The notes under the pieces: generated by a model
The model's database searches: none
The model's input: the letters and a program-made list of their open reading frames with translations, nothing else
Told to the model about the DNA's origin: nothing
Shown: positions 45,282 to 60,200 of the stretch, piece by piece
Layout: each line of letters opens with the position of its first letter
Position numbering within the stretch: position 1 is the first letter of the stretch
Translations under genes and position numbers: made by a program
Assembly (NCBI GenBank): GCA_964035545.1
Contig: OZ037769.1
Span: forward strand, 6,553,929 to 6,617,928
Length of the DNA: 64,000 nt
Direction: 5' to 3'
From: Bugula neritina
Lineage: Eukaryota > Animalia > Bryozoa

Positions 45282-48200
45282 ATGGAAGTTTTCAGTAAAA
45301 AAATTGCTGTAATGTTCTTTATATGGATTGTCAAAAAGCAGGAATGTAGTTCAACCACCAGTTCTTTTACATCTGCTTCTACCATTAATTATAATACTTA
45401 TTCTGCTGCAACGTTTACTACTTCTGCCTATAATACTCCTACCACCACAACGCCTCCCTCTCCCACCACTACTTATAATATTTATACCACTACAACGCCT
45501 CCTGTTTTAACCACTACCTATAATACTCCTACCACCACAGCGCATCTTGCTATCACCACTGCTTACAGTGCTTCTTCCACCACCACAATGTCTCCCACTC
45601 TTACCACTGCCTATATTACTTCTACCACCCCAACACCTACTCCTCTCACCACCACTTACACAACTCCTACCACTACTTATAATAATCCTACCACCACAAC
45701 ACCTGCCACCACATCTTATAATAATCATACCAATTCTACCACCCTGACACCTATCACTGCCACTACTATGACTTATACTATTTCTACCACCCCAATGCCT
45801 AACGATAACTCTACTACTAATTTCACCTCAACACTTGCTTTTAATACAACTGATTCGATTGAAATGGAACAAACTAATTTTTCAACAATGACCACCACTT
45901 CAGTGTTAACAGAAGCTACTACAACTAGACTGTGGTGTGATGATGGAAAGTTAACAAATGCTTCTATAGAAATCTTAACCAACAACTCAACTTCCACTCA
46001 TCTGACAAACAGTAAGTGTGTAATAACACTTTTCTATACTCTATGTTTCAACTTATATTAATATTGTCTATCGTGTTGTACTTTTGATAAAAAAAGCTTA
46101 TTGGCTAATTTGAACACTTCATTGTTTAAAAGAAAATTAGCTGAGTGAATAATGATTAAGGTAAACTGTAGATCAAATCTTTGTACAATTTAAATCTAAT
46201 CACATAATAATTGTTCTGTCTATCGCTATAGAATAATAAGTAGGCTTATACATTATGCAGGTTCGAGCCCATTCCTGCAGAAAAAATATTATTTTTGAGA
46301 AATGCAGCATACATGACTAGACAACTTCTAAAATTTACTCATACAATTAATGATGTTCAAGTTATGATTTAGTATATTATGTCATCTAGTAGTTTAATCA
46401 AGAACTTGCTTAATTCTATTAAGCATTCTGTTCATCATCAAAATCTAAAAAATGCAAGTATTAGTGGTATTGAATTATAATATTGTTGCTATACAAGTTT
46501 TCAGGAAAAAAGCCATAAAAAGCTTTTATTGAAAAAGCTATAAATAGCTTTCAGCTAAATATAATAGTTAATTATAGCCAATGTTTTTGCATATTATACT
46601 GATTCTTTCTGTATTGCTCAACTATCTAACATGTCCTGCACACAATAAAGCTTATTTTTTATGATCAAATGTTATTATTTTTTTAAATATTGTGTTTTAG
46701 ACTTGTTGTATCCTTTTGGACAAGAAGCTGGGGACATGGTAGAATTATATGCAGTTGATTCATGCTATCCTATTTATCATCCTAACTTCCCCATGTTTGG
46801 AAAAAGATATTCTACTATATATGTATGGTTATTTTCTATAGAGATTAGAGAGTATATCTTGTGCTGAGCAAAACTGCATATAACTGTTTTAGTAAAATTA
46901 CAAATAATATATTTACAGAGCTGTCTACAAAGAGTGCTTAAATAGCCTAAAACTAATAATAATGCAACATTGCAAGAGCATCAATGGTTGTTGAAACATA
47001 TTTCTTAAGCATGCAAAGGTCGCAAATTATAGCTAATTTATTCAGAATCTTATGACAAAAAAATGCTGCATGCAGTGCTTCTTATTATTTGTGTGTGAAT
47101 ACATTCATATACTTGTATACATACTATAACAATACTGTCCATGGCTGCTATTCAATTAAATGAAATTTCATAAAAAGTATTTCTGCAGCAATTACTGGTA
47201 AAAAGAAGCCAGTAGATTGTTTAAAACAAGTCTTTACATAGAATCCAACTCTCATATAATACTGAAGAAATATTAAGTTTGTTACATGCAATGTAATAAA
47301 CTGCATAATTGCCTCACCCATTTCGAATTGTATAAAATATAACATAGCATATAACAGTTTTATAAAGCCAATATGTTTAGAGTTTTCTGCTCTTACAATA
47401 GCATGTATAATTCTGAATTTTAGATCTGCAGCAATGGATTGATATCTTTCAAGTACCCCAACACAAATTACATCCCATACAGATTTCCTCAACTGTCAGC
47501 ACCAATCATCTCCCCTTACTGGAGAGATCTTGTCCTTGACAATCATGGCAAACTATACTACCGAGAAACAACTGATCCCGAGTTGTTGAGAAATGTGTCT
47601 GCAGCCAGTAAGCACCGGACAAATGTTTCTCAAAATACTTCCTTTTGATATAAAATCAATTTCATCACTAAAACTGCACCTTAATTATGAATTGTATCTA
47701 TACGATCAACAAAAGTTTGATGTCCAAAAAGTTTGGCTGGTTTTGCCATTCAACTGCTTAAAATAATACAAATTGTATTCTATTATTTGCAGGCTTTGAC
47801 TGTAGAAACTGTAAAATACCTATATACTATATTTTTCTTACACATAAACTGTAGTATTATTTTAGCTGAGTGTATGCTGCAGTAACCAGTTTCTTTTGTT
47901 TCAAGAAAAGTAGTTGCAAAAAACATACGCATCAAAACGTATAAGTGAGTTTCACAAATACTTTTTAAACTTCTATAGTAGTGAATGGAAACAAGACAAG
48001 AGATGGCGAAAACTTTGAGGCAAGTTGGATGATGATAGCCACTTGGTACCAAGTTCGTTGGTATAATAAACCTGGATCTACTAATCAGGTTTGTTTTATT
48101 ACTTTGCCAGGTGCAAGTAGTCACGCTGTTCATGCTACCGGTTAAAGAGAGTCGTCATAGGTGCTATTGAGCAATTAAGGCTTGAATCAGATCATATTGA

Positions 48201-51200
48201 GCATGAATGTATATTCTTCTAGCTTGTTGTAGGTAAAACGTATAATCTAGCTAATCAAATATAGAAAAACATTTTCTGATTTATACGTATAACAACAAAT
48301 AGCCAAATTTATGAGCTAATATAAACCAAATTTATTAGGATAATTAGCTCAAATTTACTAAAGTTATTCATTCACGCAATTGAACCAAATTTGCTAATAC
48401 ATGTTAACCGCAGTTGCCAACCAAAATACTTAATTACATCATTCAGATACATTTACATACACAATTTAGCTTATAGATTTAACAAAATAATATATTTTTT
48501 TAATGTCATATATGTCCAGTATGAATCAACAGTATAATCTTAGCTTATATGTAGGTAGTAGTGCAAAAACAGTCAGACAACGGCAAATAAAACAGATTTA
48601 TTGCTGGGAGCAAAACCTTGAGTTAAAAATTATGCTATATGCTGAAAAACAGTCTAGATTAGACATAGTTAATGTCATGAGTATATGTAACTACCACTTA
48701 CCTTTTGCTGTAAGCATAGGTAGTTTAAAAATTGAAGGTTTTATAGCAATATATTTAATGGCTATATTTTACAAACTATTGAATATATGTTGCAAAAAAC
48801 TGTTTTGCTATATATATTACCAATATAATTTATTCTAGAACAAATTTTAGAAATTTAAATAGAAACTTACTGTTGGCGGTTTAAAGTACCAATATACCTA
48901 TATAATTTATTTTTCACGATATATATATTTAAAATGACAAATAAAATTTTGCGTGTCCATCAATATTTGCAAAGAAATAGACTACCTATTATATAAAATA
49001 AAATGTATAGCCTACAATTGCAGCGAAATATAGCAAGTTAGTTCTCTAGATCAAGCTATTTTATAGAGAAGCACATTTCAAGTTGTACTCGCTACTAACG
49101 GGACAGAAACATATGCCATGTTTAACTATCAAGAAATAGATGTGACCAATGGAGGCAATGCTCAGGTATTGGTATAGTTAATCTTTTATATTTGAGTAAT
49201 TCTACAGAATTGTTAGCTATACTATACATTGTATTATATTATATTTTTATAATAGCCATCCTATATGTAAGCTACATAGCTCTTTAATTTTGGTGCTAGC
49301 ATCATTCTTGGCAACTTAACGGCATGGTGAATTTGAAAATCTACACTCCTACAAGTATTAAGTATATTTGTATAGATGCCATCTTATACACTGCAATACG
49401 TATATTTATGATGCAGATAGGTTATGATATGGGTGATTACACCAACTACTACTCCCATGATTTGGCCTTTTCTGGTGAAGAATATAACATAGTGTGTGAA
49501 AGTAACATTAATATCCCTGGAAGATTCATATTTAACATTGGTGAGATTATTCTGTATGCAAAGTTATTTTAATCACAACTACTATCATATAGTAAACTTA
49601 TGCGGTTTTTACAGTTAATTCTCATTGGCAATTGGCCAAACAGAACAAAGCGGGGATAGATGAGAATAGGTGAGAAAAGAAATATATGTATATAATTTCT
49701 GTTCATTTAGGATCAGGTGGAGCTAAAGAGAGGGAACCAGAGCCATGGAGTGAACCCACTGCTTGGTCCTCATCAAGATTGTACCCCTGGGGTACTGAAC
49801 ACGGAGATACAGATCTCATGGATGAACCAGAAGACTGGCGGAAATACTATCTCTGTACAAGGCTATCATTGAATGGAAAAGCTGGAGCTTTGTTTTTTGA
49901 TCGAAGACACAATCAGATACACGTAATCTTTAGCTTAAATTGGTTACTACATTGTTAACTCAGTTTTCTTATTATTAGTTAAAACTTTGTGATGAACAAA
50001 AGATGCCATATATAATTAATTTTGCCAGTTTAAATTAAGTCTCAGAGATTATCTACCGTGCATATTCTCAGATAACAATTAAAACTTTGATTCAATTTCA
50101 TTAAAATTTTATAAGTTGCAGATTAAGTTTTATTGCAGCAAAATTATTTCATGACATAAAATACAAGTGCATATAATAGGTTATAATTTTGCATTCTATT
50201 GAGCGTGAAAATAAATATTTTCTAGATTTGTAAAAATGGAATTATTAGCTTCAACATAGACTGGATGCAGTCTTATCCTTGGAAATTTGGTACTAGCTGG
50301 TGGTACTATTCAACATCATTCTTTTCTCCTTTATGGGGTCGGTCTGATGAAGCTTCAATGAGTTTGTTAGCTGATGAATGGCCTGAGGCCAGGACCAGAG
50401 TCTACTATGGGGTGTATGAAAGAAATGTAGCCATGAGTTATGAAACAAGAAGTGTCTTAGACAGAGCTCAACTAGATGTGGAACAATCAGGTATAGTGAC
50501 ACTTATTTGGCAAATTTTAACTCAAGAAACACCAACAGCTGTGAGTTAGTAAGTTTGAATTTAGTAATATATTGTTATTGTACCTTCATAGCTCAATGAA
50601 ACTTAACAAAGTTATAATATATTAAACATCATGATTAGTTTTTTAGAACCAGCAAGTGGCTTTGACAACTCCAACTTATAAAGTGAAATCTGTATAAAAC
50701 TATATTTTCTTATGTAAGAATAAGTTGTGAATAATAAGTTCACTACCTTTTTGTTCTAGCTTTAAGTAAAATATTGTTTGATGAAAGCTTTTTGTGAAAG
50801 CTTTTGCAATAGCTTTTTACTGGTAGCTTTTGTTTGATGAGTCAGTACAGCTCAAATTTCCTCTTGTTAAAGATGCAGGAAACTTAAAATTTATTGTCCA
50901 AATGATTGGTACAGTTTTGCGAGAAATATAGACGGTTGGCATTAGGCAAACGGTTGAGTTGTAGCCTACATCTGTGCATCCAGCACACAGCATTCGTGCT
51001 ATCACAAGACATAGGCATTTGTGCCACTCAGCATTGGTGCTGACACAATCATTATATTACTGTTAATGCAAATTGGCTAACTTTTCATTGCTATACAGGA
51101 GAAGCTGTTGCTAATTTTACACCAACCTGGGTGCTAGTTGTCACTTGGCTGAACTTAGCCCCTGATGAGGGATGCAGGTGGAGAAGTATTTACGAAAAGC

Positions 51201-54200
51201 TGTACAGCCACTATTACTGGTATTACTGGTGGTACTCTCCTGACCACTGTAAAGATAGAGCATGGAAAATGGAGGTAAGAAAATAAAATATGAGCATTAT
51301 TTGCTGTTGAAAAACTTAATTTAAGAGTGATACTATTTCTAAGCTGATGGCTTGGATCTACTTTATAAAAATAAAAAAAGTAATACTGCAGTTTCACAAA
51401 AGTTCCAAAATTGCAGGTTTTTCGGGTCAACGTGAATTTAAACAAATAATATGTTGTCACAGCATGTCTTCTCTCATGCTGCTGAATTATATGACCAGTT
51501 TTCAATTCTAGCGTAAAGTAATTTTTCAATCAATGATTTACAAGCTATTGCTTTTTTGTACCTGATATAGTTATACAAATATAAGAAGGTTTCAAATGTA
51601 TATCTATAAATCAAGCAAGAAGAATTTGAGAATGAACATGAAATGCATCATCAGTTTTACATTTATCTTTTTAATGTTTGATAAAAATTAACCATAAACG
51701 TACTTAAAATCAATTATATTATGTAATTGATAGTGTACTATAATCTAAAAAAAACATATATGCATTTTGTTTGCTTAAACACAATCTTTTGCTTTTGATA
51801 GATTAATCATTTCCAAGCAGTCTTTATAACGAACGGTGTTTACTCATTTATAAAATACAACTATCCGGAAGATGGCATCAATTGGGCATACCCAGGTGAA
51901 GTAAAATTATATTGTAGCTAATTTGTTTATCCTTACAAACAGTGCAGTGGTTTTGGTAAAGGAAGTTCGTCACGATTGATTAAACAAGCATTGTCTATAA
52001 CTTGCAATTGTAGGAGTAACACAATTAACTACCAGTACTGCTCAAAGCAGTTCAGTCTACTTGTATGGAGTAGCAGTGGGAGGCTTCCAGTCTGAACTTG
52101 CTAACGGCAGCATCATCTCTAAGAATTTACCTCAAAGTGGTTCACTTGGATTCATCAACATTGATGACCAACCTGGAAATATGAATGGTATGCTTATATG
52201 CTTTCTACCTAATTTGTATATGCCAAAGTTTATTATTTTTTCTATATCGAAATAGACCAGGGCTGAATGTGGCCCTCAGCCTACATTTATATGGCCTCTC
52301 AAAGGCGTGAAAATACAATTAATTTTTCGCGGTATACATGAATTAAAGTAAAAAACTACTTTTCAAACGTTTTATTTATACACAAGGTACAAAAAATTCG
52401 GCCTGCATTAACTATTATTGATACTTTATTGTATAATTATTAATAAGAATTTAAAATAAAACAATTTGAAAAATACTGACGCTCTGGCCCCCAGCACAAG
52501 CTAAAGTTTGCAATGTGGCCCTCACCACTGAAATATTCCCTTTAAGTGGTACAATTGCTCTGAAAAGGTTTGATGCTCTTGAAAGAGACAAATAAATATA
52601 GTATATATGCATATGAATTGTGTAATAATTATTGTGATTGGATGGCAGACAAGCGAGTTGGAGAGTGGCTGTTCAGAGTAGAGAATTCTGATGGAGCAGA
52701 AGAAGCAGCAGTTAAATGTCTAAAGTGGGTGGCGGAACAAAATAAAGAAGTATACGATGCATATAACCAAAGATCACATTGCCCACAGACTGGGTGGCAG
52801 GCATGGCGGGATCAAAGGCTAGAAATTACTAGTAGCATAGAAGTGAAAGCTTTAATGACTATATGATTCCTAATTGATCTTTACATAAATTATGAACAAC
52901 TGAATATTTATAATATTTTCCTGCAGATTCCGATGGTATTATGATGGTCACAGAACCTACTATGGCAGCTGGTGTTATCAAACAGTATTCCCTGAACCTT
53001 CTACTGGTTTGAGTCAGCGCTGCTGCTACAGTTGGTCTTCATGGTCTCTTATAACTCATTTCCCTTACCATGGACATGTAACTGATGTTGTAAGTATTGT
53101 CAATTTCACAATAATATGTTGCATGAAGTGTGCTGCTATAACTATAATATCAAAAAATGGCATCAATCTAATATTTTATCAAACATGTATAGTTTAGAGT
53201 TTATATTTCACTTAAATATGATTCCACCGAGCATTTTATAAAAAATAAGTATAAGTTATCAGAATTCAAAAAATGCCCAAGATTTTATGATTTAGTTGTT
53301 ATCTGCCCTTACTCAATGCATTTAAATAATGTATCAGCCAATTTATACCATATTGAACTTGCTTTTTTAATGCATATGTTTGTGTGCAAAATTGAGTAAG
53401 TTTCAAATTTTCAAGCAATAAGAAAGAGGCCAAGTAGTAAAAAAACTTATGTTTTTATTGTAAAAATTCAAAATTTTATAATATTGTCCCTTTATGCATG
53501 GGCATGAGATAATACAAAATAATAATTTTCATCAATTTTTTTCAATATTATAGAAGAATATGATAGCACAAAACTAAACTGCAATAATATTCAACTTCAA
53601 TTGCTGCAGCTTCATGAAGATAATGAACTGGAAGGTTACAAACTCTGCTGTGTAGAGGCTGTAGGCTTGTGCAAAGAATTCTACAAAGTCCGCCCGGTTA
53701 ATGACGGTTCTCTTTATGACCCTCCCACAAGATGTAAGAGAAATTTATTCTTCTGAATTGAATCTATTTTGAGCATCAAATAATCTTCTGTGAGTCATCT
53801 TATTTATAACGGCCATAGCTCAGACTTTCATCACAATATAAGCTCTAACAAGTGTTGGTACATAGTATGCTCATATAATGTTTATTGACGTGGTTTATCC
53901 AAGATTTAGTACATCTAATATATGGTATAATTTGTTCGTATTCTTTGATCCAAAAATATTTTAACCTCTGATCCATTCTGAAATTTATGCCAAGCAAATT
54001 TTTAAACTTTTACGTATAATTGACTTTATGAAGATGTTGCAGCAATTTTTGAATCAAAAACTAAGAATGAGAAAACTATAATGCCATGCACTTGGTAACT
54101 AAATTGTTCTCATGATCAAATTGCATGTGAAATAACTTAGTAAATTTAGTGTTATTACCAAATAATTTTTGCTTTCTAAAATTATTCAGCTGTTGCTAAT

Positions 54201-57200
54201 GCAGCTACTTTTGTAGTTCAAGTTAGGCTTATAAAGTAAACATAATCACTTGTATTAATATCATAAACAACATATACATTGTAGATAAATTTAGAGTATT
54301 GTATTATTACTTTGTTTATTATTATAAAATGTATAGTTATTTAGATGTTCAAGCATATGAACTATTTTTAGCATTTCTACAAGTAATTTTTATACTTGCA
54401 AACGAAAATACCTGATCTTTTTAATACAAAGTTCTAATTATTTCCTAAGATTTAAGTTTATTTTCGATAATTTTTTGCCAATTTATAACCAGCTATCATG
54501 CTGCATTGTCCTAAACCTTGGTTTTGCCATTACAAGTTCAAGGTACTCACTTTATTATAGCAAAAGCTGTAAGCTCTGCTTAATATTGTTAATCGTGTTC
54601 AAATTTGCAATTCTTTATCACGTTTAAACAGGCCTATTTTAAATCAGGAAACATCGTTTCATTACTCAACAGAAACTTACTTAAAATTATTTGTTCCAAA
54701 AATTAAGTTGCTAACTTATGTCAGCTGTAGTTACTATAGTGCTGAACTTAAATCTGAACAGAGAGTAAATTGTTTATTGATGAGAAATTTGGCTTTGAAC
54801 AAAGAAATATATTATGCTCTATACTTCCCATATGTTTCAGGGCCATGGTTTGGAGATCCTCACATAGTAACATCTGATGGCTTTTCATACACGTTTAACG
54901 GACTTGGGGAATATTTATTTACAAGGATAGGAGATAATGATACAATCATACAGGCCAGAACTGAAAGAGTAAAGTTGGAAGATGGAAGTAAGTACATTTA
55001 GATAAGCTCATGCAAGTTTGTATAGTCGCTATATCTTTGTGAGAAACCTCTGATGAAAAAGATTTGTAAAGAAGGCTAAGCATAACCATTCATATGCGAC
55101 ATAGGAACAATTATGACTGGGTGCTTTTCTTAACCTCACCAATAGCCTTTACTGGGGATCGAACCCATGACCCTCAGGTTTACTAAGCTAGCACCAAACC
55201 CCAGAGACCACAGCTGCTCTTTTGGAGTATATACATTAAAGTAGTTTTGATGAATTTCATAATCTTTAGTATGAAACTTGAATTACGTTCTACATATGCT
55301 GTTATATGATATAATAACTCGTTATACAAGCTGCTGTGCTTTAGGTCTGGGACAAGCTACATATTTCAGTGCAGTGTGCATAGCAGTATCTGGATTACCC
55401 AGAGTACAGATTCAGATCAACAAATCTCCTTTTGGCACCGGGCTAGCTAACACAACTCAGTTGATAATTGATGGTACGGTAGTAGATATCTCGGTAATTC
55501 ACGAAGACTCTAATGGAACACAGACTATAGAAGGAGTAGATAGTAACATCATGTTTGAACGAGATAATGTCAGTTTGACGATTCTGTTTTACTCTGGCCT
55601 GGCTCTGACCGCATCTCCGGAGAATGTAAGACTCATTTCTTCAATATAACATATCTCCAAATTTTGAAACTTGTCTGATTATTTTATTAGTTATATTTGT
55701 AATGTTTGAATATTAAGCAACACTGCTGCATATAACTTTTGTGAGGTTGAAATGAGATTATTTTTCGTTTCTTTAGAAAATGCTGACACTAACTCTCAGC
55801 TTGCCAGCTAGTTTCAAGGGTTCAACAGTTGGTTTGACTGGAGTGTTTGATGGAGATCAAGAAAATGATTTAACTTACTTGAATGGCACTGGACACATCT
55901 CTATTAACTCTACAGAGATGGAGGTTTTTAATTGGGCGAGCACTTGTAAGTAGCTAGCATTATCTAGTCCTTCTAGTGGATTTGTCCACTGGTATACATT
56001 TGTTACATAATTATGCTATACTTTATATAACACATAGTATATATAATGTAATATATATTATAATGGGCACTATATAATATATTATAATATATAATATCAG
56101 AAACAATAAAATATATATAATAATATATAATACAATAACTATTGTAATATATAATATAACATGTAGTATACTATTAAACAATTCCATAATATTATGCATT
56201 GTAATAAAGAGTCTAATATATGCTGCAATATATAATATATGCCATATAATATACAATTATATATACTAAAGTAATATTGATTCTATCTGCAATATTTTAA
56301 TGTATTTTAGTTGCTGTGGCTAAAGAGGATTCCATCATGTATTATACTGAAGCTGGAACTGACTGGTCAACTTATAACAACAACTTATTTGTACCCGTGT
56401 TTACTGATGATATTGAGAGCTGGGTGTGGCCTTCTGAAGAGGTCAAGGCAGAAGCATACAACACATGTGGAGATGATCATGTCTGTCTGTATGATGTCTT
56501 CGTCACAGGAGACATTGAAGTCGGAAAAAGTAGTAAAAAGACAGCTGAAGACAGTATTGCTGCAAATGAAGCTCTACGTATGTCTAACATGTTAAAAGTA
56601 TCAATTTATAATTTCAACTACTAAATACAAAATGCATGCTTATAGAGATGATAACATCTTTTGCAGAGAACTTTCCACCAGAAATTTATGATGTTGATAA
56701 TTATGTGATGATAACACCAACAGGAGAGTTTCACTACATGATTCATGTGAATGACTCAAATGGTGACCCATATACTGTCACAGTAAATGTAGACAGCAGC
56801 ACCATCGTAGTTAATAATGGTCAAGTTAACATATCTGGAGTCATAGGAGATCTGGGCAGCTTCTCCAACTTCACTGTGTTTGCAATGGTAACCTCATAAA
56901 ATTCATTGTTGTTTATGTAATTGTAACTATAACTATGATTAAGTTCATTTATTAAGATTTGAAACATACTTGTATAAAGCCGTTGTGCTCATTAAAAGTT
57001 TTGCCATATTGATTAGAAATTTAAAAATCCTTTTTGATGGATTAACATTAAGATATAAGCAGAAGTGCTTTTTAATGGTACAGTATTATATTATGTAATT
57101 TTTAAAGTTTTGTAAGCTGCTCTATATTTAGGATGACAAGAATGCTACCCTTAGTAAAACTCCTCTGGCTATGATTTGCAAATGCATAAATAATGGTACA

Positions 57201-60200
57201 TGTGAACCCTTATCTGAAGATGAGATAATCTCCGTGGAAACTGAGTAAGTTATTGTGAGCTTACATGTTTCTGTTTTTCTTGCTTCCTAAACGTCACATG
57301 CTGAAAAACTGGGCTGAAAATCTGTCCCTTAATTTAGTATAAATGTTGATATACTATTCGCTTCAGCTACATGCAGCAGGCTCAATATTTTTATCAACGA
57401 TAATACATTTCACACACACAGCTCACTTTAAAGTAGCCTGCTTGAAGTATTGAAATATACCATAACGATTTCTTTTGAGTGTTCACATAAATAAGCCTTT
57501 GCTTTCATGAATACTGCAAAGTTTTAATGAACACATATAGTTGTTTTATTAAGCTATAAATATAACACATTTTTACAGTTTTGTGGTGTTGGATTGCATC
57601 TGCCCCACTGGATATACAGGAGATACTTGTGATACAGATTTAGATGCATGTTCTCTAGTAGCTTCTCCCTGTTATCCATCAGTTCTGTGTGTAGATAGTC
57701 CACCACCAGCTGACCACACTGGATACACGTAAGTCTATGTTGATATAATATCTGTAGGTTTCTCTTCTGTCTCTATGTATCTCTCAACATCTAATAAATA
57801 TTCACACTACTTACAGGTGTGGAGATTGTCCACCTGGATACACAGGAGATGGTAAAACGTGTATAGATGTTGATGAATGTGAAGATGAAAGCAGTTGTGG
57901 TCACATCTGTATCAACTCTCCAGGATCTTATGCCTGTGTCTGTTCCAGTGGTTATGAACTTAATGAAGATGGTGCAGCATGTGATGGTAGTGTATACATA
58001 CGTACACACGCACACACGCACACACACACACACACTCACTCACACACGCACACACTCACACACGCACACACGCACACACGCACACACGCACACATGGACA
58101 CTTGCACAGTCACACAAACACTCACACACTCACACATTGACACACTCACACACTCACACACACACACACGCACACGCACACGCACACGCACACGCACACG
58201 CACACGCACATTATGCATGATTAACTTCTAAACTTTTTATCTTTTGCAGATATTGATGAATGTGAAATATCTAATCCCTGCCATAAAATCTGTAGCAACA
58301 CTGATGGCTCATATACCTGCAGTTGTCCTGAAAATATGGTTTTCAGTGATGACCTTATCAGCTGTGAGCGTAAGTAATCAAATACTTTACAGTAACATGG
58401 CTGTGAATAGGTTGTGTATTGCAGTAAGTATGAAACATAGGTTATATAATAGAAGATATTAGCAAAACTTAAGACTGATTGCTTATAAGTGTGCTAAATG
58501 CTATTATCACTGAGTCTGAACTCAACATCATCAGTAGATAAACCAAACTTAAAAATTGATAGAAAAACACTGTGCATAAAATTCATTATATTATAATCAA
58601 ATCATATGAAGCTGTATTTAGCCAATATAGTTATGTAGGACATTTCAGAATATGTTATTACTAACAATGTGCCTAGTCAACCCTGTTTTGTATTTTATCG
58701 TTAAAATAATTTTACTTTTTTCTAACAAGAAAAGAAGTCCCAAAAATTACAGTATGTGCTCCTTCTTGCAAAGCTGTCCTTTTAGACAATTTATTGTTTC
58801 TCTTCACAGTTATAAGATTTATATTTTTATCTTCATGTAATTCCAGCTGTAACTTACCAAATTTGAAATAATATCATATATATTGTTTACTTAAAAGCCT
58901 CCAATCCATGTGCTGAACCGAACAACTGTGACACTGATCATGGCTTGTGTAACGAAGTAAATGGGGCAGAGGTTTGCTCATGTGTCAAAGGCTACAGCCT
59001 GAATGGTGATGGAAAAACATGTGATGAGATTGACGAATGTGCTCTGGGAACAGATGCGTGTTCTCAGATCTGTACAAATACAGACGGTGGATACAACTGT
59101 AGCTGTGCATCTGGATATACTCTTGATGCTAATGGATTCACTTGTAGCGGTTAGTTATATAATAAGTTTCTTCTTCGTCTTTTGCAACAAGATTTTCAGC
59201 TGATGTAAGAAACAAGCAACTTTTCATATTATATTATATTACATTATATTATATTTAATTATATTATATTATATTGTATCATATTATATTACATTAAGTT
59301 ATATTATATTATATTATATTATATCATATTATATTATATTTAATTATATTATATTATATTGTATCATATTATATTATATTATAATATATTATATTACATT
59401 AAGTTATATTATATTATATTATATTATATCATATTATATCATATTATATTATATTATATCATATTATATCATATTATATTATATTATATTATATTATCTG
59501 CAGATATCAATGAATGTGTCACTGAGGCATACAGCTGTGGTGAATCCTTTGATTGCTCCAACACAGCAGGTGGATATGAATGTGTCTGTGCAGCAAGTTT
59601 TGTAGAGGTCAATGGGGTGTGTTTAGGTAAGAACTGCATGCACTAATGGTCTGAATTTTATAAATTATATATGAAACAATGCAATCACATAATTTTCAAC
59701 AAGGTTTTTATAAAAATAGCGTTTTGAAATGATATTCATGTTATATTGTATAATGCAATAATATTTAGAAATATTTGTAGTAAAAAAACTCGCGCATTTT
59801 GTGTTACACATAAACAAAATCTTATACAGTTTGGTAACAGCGTCAACTTACCTTTTCATCAGCATTTTTCCAAATAAAAAGCTTCACATGAAGCACTGAT
59901 ATTCAATTGCTAACGTGATCTGCCTGGAGGTACACTGTTACAGTAGCTAAACATGTTTTAGTTGTAAACCCATCCAGTCCAGTAGCAGAGACTAGAGGAA
60001 CTGTTGATTCAGAAGCTGAAGAAAATAATCTGAAGTTTTCTTTTGCTGGAGTAGGACTTGCTGAGGTATTTAATAAATTATTTCTGACATTTTTTATTAA
60101 TCTTACATATGTCGGCATGATAAACTTTACAAACGAATAATTTGCTCTAAAATGTTGTAATTGCCACAAAAGTTTTATTCTTTAAGATCTCAAATAACCA

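Noticed and set aside
45328-45997. Overlapping alternative-frame and antisense ORFs in the mucin PTS exon
   Set aside because: Expected by-products of ACN/CCN-rich, stop-poor sequence.
56025-56270. ORF 56023..56256 rich in I/Y/L resembling a membrane protein (also the N-terminal part of 59359..59646)
   Set aside because: Degenerate AT-rich simple repeat inside mucin introns.
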